From: a virus
DNA: 64,000 bases
Strand: one strand, 5' to 3'
Virus record (IMG/VR): IMGVR_UViG_3300028666_000002
Below are positions 59,512 through 64,000 of this stretch, in pieces. The position numbers and the translations under genes were made by a program. Below the pieces are notes generated by a model, which was given only the letters and a program-made list of their open reading frames with translations, was not told the origin of the DNA and ran no database searches. Within the stretch, counting starts at the first letter, position 1. Each line of letters opens with the position of its first letter.

Positions 59512-59820
59512 AACTACGATTCGGGATTTTGCCACTCGTGCGCCTTGTCTCCCCACATCAGTGCTAACTTAGTGGAACCTTTGTGCAGAACGCTTTCAGT
59601 ACCCAAAAATTAAGGCTCGTTTGTTTCTACCCTTAGCACGGGCCGTAGCTTCATCATGTGGCACGTCTTACGACTCAGGCTTCTCAGCCCTACCTTACGG
59701 GCAAGTACACTAGTTACCTCGCCGCCACTGACTATTAATGGGCAGGCCCCTTCACGGTCCTTTTCACCAGGCTAGTGCGGTTGTTGACTTCTAGCTGCCT
59801 CACGCATTGTACTGGCACCC
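59512..59820 (-). ncRNA. Candidate ~310-nt structured ncRNA
   Basis: GC-richer ORF-free stretch; three minus-strand GNRA hairpins; nested long-range helices and a possible pseudoknot. Confidence 0.6.
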
Positions 59821-59830
59821 AATAAAATGT

Positions 59831-59921
59831 GCTGGTGGGTCGGTGAACTGCCAACTCGAACGCGACCAATCAAAACAGAGCCGACCTGTGTATCCTCTAA
59901 GCGACTTACATCGCCACCAGC
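59831..59921 (-). ncRNA. tRNA-like RNA, family copy E (91 nt)
   Basis: GCUGGUGG/CCACCAGC, CG linker, UGUA..GA-UACA stem, GUUGG-CAGUUCA-CCGAC arm. Confidence 0.7.
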
Positions 59922-59931
59922 TAAAAATTTT

Positions 59932-60171
59932 TTTTCAAAGAATCGGAATTACACCGACTTGCCATATATGAAGTCATTGAGCATCTGCCGACTCCATCAC
60001 ATTCTTATTCCGCAAATTACTTAAATACCCAAAAGACTTAACTTGCAAGGTTTCGTTATTACCCTAATGTCACGGGTATCCACCTCGAACTCTTAGGCCA
60101 AATACCGGTGGGCTAAACGCCGTAACGGTACGTTTCATTTGCACGTGTCATGTCCACGCCGTCTTTGAAAA
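59932..60171 (-). ncRNA. tRNA-like RNA, family copy C (240 nt)
   Basis: UUUUCAAAGA/UCUUUGAAAA, CG, GCGUG-GACAUGA-CACGU, GCAAAU/AUUUGC, GUCGG-UGUAAUU-CCGAU. Confidence 0.75.
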
Positions 60172-60174
60172 TCT

Positions 60175-60232
60175 GTGCGGATCTCTCTCCGCTTGTCACG
60201 ATTTCACTCGTCGCCTACAGAGCTACTGTAAG
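60175..60232 (-). ncRNA. Small three-hairpin RNA element
   Basis: UUACAG-UAGCU-CUGUAG, ACGA-GUGAAA-UCGU, GCGGA-GAGAGA-UCCGC. Confidence 0.45.
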
Positions 60233-60239
60233 AACGGTT

Positions 60240-60349
60240 GCTGGCGGGCTAACTTCGGGGGCGACCCTGTTTTAACATCCTAGATTCCTCAAAGGTGCGG
60301 AAGATTCGCGCAATCATCCGAGCGTTTCTCATTCAACGCCGCCGCCAGC
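60240..60349 (-). ncRNA. tRNA-like RNA, family copy D (110 nt)
   Basis: GCUGGCGG/CCGCCAGC, CG, GCGUU-GAAUGAGA-AACGC (compensatory change), CGGA-U-GAUU..AAUC-U-UCCG; T-like arm degenerate. Confidence 0.7.
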
Positions 60350-60354
60350 TAAAC

Positions 60355-60489
60355 TTAATCCTTTTTGCTTCGTAATCTTTTAATTCCATGATAAATCAGA
60401 ATAATAAATCCTACTGGAACTACTACTAAACTAAAAAACAAACCAAACGCTATATAAAGCGCTAATATAATTGCGACAAGCGTATCCAT
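60355..60489 (-). CDS. Small membrane protein (44 aa, not in ORF track)
   Basis: Hand translation MDTLVAIILALYIAFGLFFSLVVVPVGFIILIYHGIKRLRSKKD; purine-rich RBS. Confidence 0.55.
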   Translation of the reverse strand: MDTLVAIILALYIAFGLFFSLVVVPVGFIILIYHGIKRLRSKKD

Positions 60490-60495
60490 AATTCC

Positions 60496-60777
60496 CTACT
60501 TAGCAGCGCCAGTATCAACCCAATTAATGATCAGATCTCTTTCAGACTGTGGCATATCATTAGTGCCTGCTGGCATTTCCTTAGTATACACTTTTTGTTT
60601 GATTTGTAACCTAAAATTATAAGCTTCTTCATACTTTTGCCAGTTCTTTCCAGCCATATAATCATGACATCTAGAGCATCGATTTTTGAAGATAGCTTGG
60701 ATGTCTTCTGTATAAGTGGGATTTCGGGCATATCCCAATGAATTGATTAGTAAAATAGCAAGAATTGTTTTTTTCAC
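60496..60777 (-). CDS. Secreted monoheme c-type cytochrome
   Basis: GGAGG RBS + GTG start, signal peptide KKTILAILLINSLGYA, PTY..DI..IF..RCSRCH (CxxCH), distal MP motifs, ER.LI..WV..GA. Confidence 0.8.
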   Translation of the reverse strand: MKKTILAILLINSLGYARNPTYTEDIQAIFKNRCSRCHDYMAGKNWQKYEEAYNFRLQIKQKVYTKEMPAGTNDMPQSERDLIINWVDTGAAK

Positions 60778-60795
60778 ATAGTCCTCCAAATAAAG

Positions 60796-60971
60796 TGCTG
60801 ATGAGTCGGTCTTATTCCTAGCTTGCGGTTAATTCCGCTTACTTTTTGCCGCGCTCAGTAGATATGTCTGGTCAAACCATATTCTACTTCCCCGTATGTG
60901 AATTTGCGGACCAGAATCGTCGGACTTTCGTCCCTAACATACGTGCGTGTCCTTCCACGCCGCCACCAGCA
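60796..60971 (-). ncRNA. tRNA-like RNA, family copy B (176 nt)
   Basis: UGCUGGUGG/UCAUCAGCA, CG, GCGUG-GAAGGA-CACGC, CGUAUGU/ACAUACG containing GGAC-GAAA-GUCC. Confidence 0.75.
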
Positions 60972-60976
60972 TCTAA

Positions 60977-60985
60977 ACTATATCA
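60977..60985 (-). promoter_or_regulatory. TGATATAGT extended -10 motif directly upstream of RNA copy B
   Basis: The -10 hexamer TATAGT ends 5 nt before the 5' end of the terminal stem at 60971. Confidence 0.55.
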
Positions 60986-62134
60986 TTCATAATCTCTAAT
61001 TGCAATTCCTACAGGAAATCGCGGAACTTTGGCTGCCCCAGTAAGGCCTTGGTATTTAACTGTAAGTTGCTTGTTCTGCCAAAGTTTATGATTTTCAAAG
61101 TATTCTTTGAGCTTATCTGTCTCTCCAGACATTTTAGCAAAAAATTCTTTCCCATCTGTCGTGACGCACACAAAAGCACCAACGTGTCCTGCGAGTTTTC
61201 CACGACCTTCATCAATTCCAATAATTTTGAATTCAGCATCGTCAAACTCCTTTACTTTTAACAAATCGTAACTGCGTTTATTTACATAAAGACCCGCTTC
61301 ATTGCGCACCATCGCACCTTCGTATCCTTCTTTCTTAAATTTGTTAAAACTATCAATGACTTGAGTTTCATCATATATTCTGATAGTCTCTACCACTTTT
61401 AAATATGATAGATGATTTTCCATAATCTTATCACGTAAATATTTAGATAAACTCATTTCTCTACTATAAAAAGTAGACTCGTTAATAACATCATAAATAT
61501 GATATTGAACGTTCAGATACCCATCTTCTGGATCTTCTTTTCTAACGGCAGATACTATTTTTTCAAAATCATTCTTAAAATCATGATTATACAGCTCACC
61601 ATCTAAAAACAAATGACCATCTATATGCATACCAGTTAAGGTTTCTATATCTTTAACAATATGTGGCATGGAGGTGATTTGTTTCCTGGTACGAGACCAG
61701 AGAGTACATTTACCATCTTTTAGAATGGCAATGCAGCGAATGCCATCTAATTTGGGCTGTACATAGGCCGGATACTTTACCTTATGTCCATGATCGGTAA
61801 ATTTGTGAGCTAACATAGGGACAATGCCACCTTCAATTAGATCGTCAAGCTTATCATTTTCCGCATCTTTGATAGATTCGACATATCCCTTTTTCTTTTG
61901 TTTTTCCCATTTAGCCTGCGCTTCTGCTTCCGCTTGTTGTAAGGCTGTTGTTTGGTTCTTTTTACCGATATTTTTGCCTTTCTCGATATAGTCAGTAGTT
62001 GTTTGTGGACTATCAGTGCCTAACTGCCCATAAGTGGTTTCAAACCAAGCAATTCCATCATATTCGCCAGTTTCAATTTCCCAAAATTGAATGGAGCCAG
62101 AATTATTTTTCTTATAAATTATAGGTAATTTCAT
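60983..62134 (-). CDS. ATP-dependent DNA ligase with N-terminal WGR-like domain
   Basis: PMLA, QPKLDGIR (adenylated Lys), LDGELY, EGAMVR, LLKVK, PRFPV. Confidence 0.92.
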   Translation of the reverse strand: MKLPIIYKKNNSGSIQFWEIETGEYDGIAWFETTYGQLGTDSPQTTTDYIEKGKNIGKKNQTTALQQAEAEAQAKWEKQKKKGYVESIKDAENDKLDDLIEGGIVPMLAHKFTDHGHKVKYPAYVQPKLDGIRCIAILKDGKCTLWSRTRKQITSMPHIVKDIETLTGMHIDGHLFLDGELYNHDFKNDFEKIVSAVRKEDPEDGYLNVQYHIYDVINESTFYSREMSLSKYLRDKIMENHLSYLKVVETIRIYDETQVIDSFNKFKKEGYEGAMVRNEAGLYVNKRSYDLLKVKEFDDAEFKIIGIDEGRGKLAGHVGAFVCVTTDGKEFFAKMSGETDKLKEYFENHKLWQNKQLTVKYQGLTGAAKVPRFPVGIAIRDYE

Positions 62135-62775
62135 AATTTTAAATACTCACTAGCTTTTTTAATTATTTCTGAATTATCTTTAAATAAACCTAATCCTTTA
62201 TTACACGCACCGCATAAAAGTCCCCTAATTTTACCACTTCTGTGATCGTGATCTACCACAAGAGATCTTATTTTATTAGCTCTTTTATCAAAAAGAGTTT
62301 CTTGCGAATTGCATATAGCACATAAATTACTTTGTTTTTTTACCATTAGTTCAAATTCATGTAAAGATATACCAAATTTATATAACAAAGAAAGATTTTT
62401 AAATTTTGATTTATCTGTTTTCATTCTTGCTCTTTTGCCCTTATCTTTAACTTTTTGTGGATTATTTTTTCTCCATATTTTTTGTCTCCCATATTCTTTG
62501 TGTTTATTGTTTAATCTATATAATTTATCATTTTTTTTAATTTTTTCTTTGTTATTTAATTTGTATAATTTATGTCTCTTGAGTTCCTTGTCTTTATTGT
62601 TTACCAAATATTTAATTCTTGCTAATTTATTGCAATTATTACATTTATAATTTAATCCATCTTTGCTTGCTTTATTTTTACAAAATTCTATATGTAATTT
62701 ATGTTGTTTACATACATTGCAAACTTTTCTATTTTCCATATCCGCCCTTATAAATAGCATTAAGTCTTTCATCAA
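62131..62775 (-). CDS. Recombination endonuclease VII-type (HNH) endonuclease
   Basis: N-terminal C..C...C..C; Q..LCAIC...LVVDHDH.SG.IRGLLC..CN.GLG.FKD. Confidence 0.85.
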   Translation of the reverse strand: MMKDLMLFIRADMENRKVCNVCKQHKLHIEFCKNKASKDGLNYKCNNCNKLARIKYLVNNKDKELKRHKLYKLNNKEKIKKNDKLYRLNNKHKEYGRQKIWRKNNPQKVKDKGKRARMKTDKSKFKNLSLLYKFGISLHEFELMVKKQSNLCAICNSQETLFDKRANKIRSLVVDHDHRSGKIRGLLCGACNKGLGLFKDNSEIIKKASEYLKL

Positions 62776-63565
62776 GGTATTGTTGTGCCGTAACGCCTGG
62801 TACTAGAATAGTATCACCATTGGCATGAACAAACAATGGGATTGACAACCTATCCGAATTGGAATTATCAGGGTTGACAACCCTATGTGTAGTAGACTTA
62901 AACCGCCCACCGCTAGCAAGCTGAAGCATATCTCCTGCGTTTACGATCAAAGAGTTTTCTTCAAAAGGTACGGAATGCCACCGTCCAACATTATCTTGAA
63001 CTTCTAATCCTGGAGCACTAGCGGCAACCAATAGTGTAAGAATGTTGATGTCCTCATGAGCTGCTGCCCTTACGGCACCCGGTTCTTGTTTGATACTGTC
63101 CAGGGATGGGTAATAAATTGCCCTCATGAGGGTATTATTGCTATTTCTACACACCTCAACAAAATCTACTGGGATTGATTCGTTCCTATTTAGGGCGTGA
63201 AGCAAACGACCAGAAACATCTCCTTCTAGAAGAGAATAAAGTTTTTGAGTAAGAACTGACACTTCATCTGGAAGCCGTACTCCTGGTTTATAGTGAAAAA
63301 ATTCTTTAATATCAGCAACTTGTGCTCCTACAGCCTTTTCGCCACCAAATCCCGTAAATCCCAAATTTGAATCTTTGGAATTGACAAATTGATCCTTATA
63401 GCTTCTATTTTTATTGAAAAACTCTTTCCATCCGGCTTGGGTATCACGAATAAGACCTAGGTCTACGCCGAAATTCTTCACCACCGCAAACCCCGTAGAA
63501 ATTATGGATTCCATGAAATCATAATCGAAATCTTTTGACCTTAAACTGATTACCTTTACATCCAT
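62729..63565 (-). CDS. 2-oxoglutarate/Fe(II) dioxygenase, IPNS-like family
   Basis: TGFAVV.N.G, HEDIN (HxD), NAGDMLQ, STTHRV, RLSIPLF (RxS). Confidence 0.9.
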   Translation of the reverse strand: MDVKVISLRSKDFDYDFMESIISTGFAVVKNFGVDLGLIRDTQAGWKEFFNKNRSYKDQFVNSKDSNLGFTGFGGEKAVGAQVADIKEFFHYKPGVRLPDEVSVLTQKLYSLLEGDVSGRLLHALNRNESIPVDFVEVCRNSNNTLMRAIYYPSLDSIKQEPGAVRAAAHEDINILTLLVAASAPGLEVQDNVGRWHSVPFEENSLIVNAGDMLQLASGGRFKSTTHRVVNPDNSNSDRLSIPLFVHANGDTILVPGVTAQQYLDERLNAIYKGGYGK

Positions 63566-63583
63566 ATATTCTCCAAAATTAAG

Positions 63584-63709
63584 GCTAACGAATCAGGATT
63601 CGAACCTGACATTTTCACCCGTCCTACCGGACGGTATTGTTCCTTATACCGAATCGAACGGTTTCACCGTGATTCCCATCACGATGGGGCTAGCCAAACC
63701 CTCGCCAGC
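63584..63709 (-). ncRNA. tRNA-like RNA with canonical T-arm and multiple internal hairpins (126 nt)
   Basis: GCUGGCGAG/UUCGUUAGC terminal stem; UCAGG-UUCGAAU-CCUGA; no normal anticodon arm, no encoded CCA. Confidence 0.75.
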
Positions 63710-63717
63710 TAATCTTA

Positions 63718-63746
63718 AGTATATAAGGACACTTTAATAAAGGCAA
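63718..63746 (-). promoter_or_regulatory. Sigma70-type promoter TTGCCT-N17-TATACT
   Basis: 17-nt spacer; predicted +1 near 63710, at the 5' end of the 126-nt RNA. Confidence 0.7.
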
Positions 63747-63754
63747 GGTGATTT

Positions 63755-64000
63755 ATGGATTGGACAAATGGATCAGAACAAGTAACTGAGCATTTTACAG
63801 TAGCAGACTGTTTAATGTTACATAATTGGAATAGATTGGCAACACTAGATGACAATGCAGACTTCGATAAACTTACTGCATTGTGTCAAAAACTTGAAGA
63901 AGTTAGAACAGCGCTCGGCTGTCCAATGAATGTGCATTGCATTTTTAGGTCTAAAGCCTACAATATCGCTCAAAGAATCCTATTGCCTACCGGTTTAGAT
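63755..64000 (+). CDS. Peptidase M15-like (endolysin candidate), 3'-truncated
   Basis: Hand translation MDWTNGSEQVTEHFTVADCL...LCQKLEEVRTALGCPMNVHCIFRSKAYN resembles the M15A N-terminus. Confidence 0.6.
   Translation, partial: MDWTNGSEQVTEHFTVADCLMLHNWNRLATLDDNADFDKLTALCQKLEEVRTALGCPMNVHCIFRSKAYNIAQRILLPTGLD

Noticed and set aside
59715-59750. Cobalamin riboswitch-like CCGCCACTG
   Set aside because: Upstream GGGAA/GGTG.AA.TCC elements are absent, and the GNRA loops indicate the opposite strand
59770-59800. GTCAACAACC resembling an IS200/605 (HEARO/omegaRNA) end
   Set aside because: No following palindromic hairpin and no iscB/tnpB gene nearby
59827-60024. 65-aa + strand ORF over the ncRNA cluster, and the many short antisense ORFs in the track
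   Set aside because: No RBS or recognisable motifs; they are shadows of structured RNA or of longer genes on the opposite strand
59932-60171. tmRNA
   Set aside because: Lacks the 5' GGGG start, canonical T-loop and 3' CCA; has a D-like stem; shorter than typical
60798-60840. Hammerhead ribozyme core CTGATGAG on the + strand
   Set aside because: No stem II followed by GAAA on the same strand; the sequence is explained as the 3' terminal stem of RNA copy B on the minus strand
59831-60971. MITEs, attC cassettes or a CRISPR array as explanation of the inverted-repeat-bounded elements
   Set aside because: Terminal repeats differ between copies and use strand-specific G-U pairs; there are no target-site duplications, identical direct repeats or cas/integrase genes
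63584-63709. Canonical tRNA gene
   Set aside because: The T-arm is perfect but the length, terminal stem and multiple internal hairpins do not fit; no assignable anticodon
1-64000. Stop-codon reassignment
   Set aside because: Core genes are intact under the standard code, and TAA, TAG and TGA all end genes

Overview
This AT-rich window (standard genetic code) is an internal 64 kb of a large tailed dsDNA bacteriophage, myovirus-like from its baseplate J-like protein. It has four blocks. (1) 1-16.7 kb, mostly + strand: baseplate, tail and fibre genes with two GIY-YIG homing endonucleases and a reversed lytic transglycosylase cassette. (2) 16.7-49.5 kb, - strand: a replication, recombination and regulation block (AAA+ ATPase, CYTH, ClpP, AEP primase, DnaB-like helicase, RecA/UvsY/gp32-like SSB, subtilase, DnaE, DEDDh exonuclease, RNase H, RuvC-like, SbcCD, sigma factor, UvsW-like helicase, divergent GroES). 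(3) 49.6-58.8 kb, + strand: GroEL, an intein-containing terminase, portal and head morphogenesis genes. (4) 58.8-63.7 kb, - strand: an accessory island (PQ-loop protein, c-type cytochrome, ligase, EndoVII, 2OG-Fe(II) oxygenase) with about 1.2 kb of non-coding DNA. The most striking unexplained signal is a family of at least five tRNA-shaped but non-tRNA RNAs at 24620-24805, 59831-59921, 59932-60171, 60240-60349 and 60796-60971. They share a covarying scaffold (8-10 bp terminal stem, CG linker, D-like stem GCGUG/CACGC preceded by GA, T-like arm) with large, different insertions in different arms. Beside them are a 126-nt RNA with a perfect T-arm and its own sigma70 promoter, and a ~310-nt GNRA-rich, possibly pseudoknotted RNA. 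All protein calls come from motif recognition by eye; no database searches or folding programs were run.
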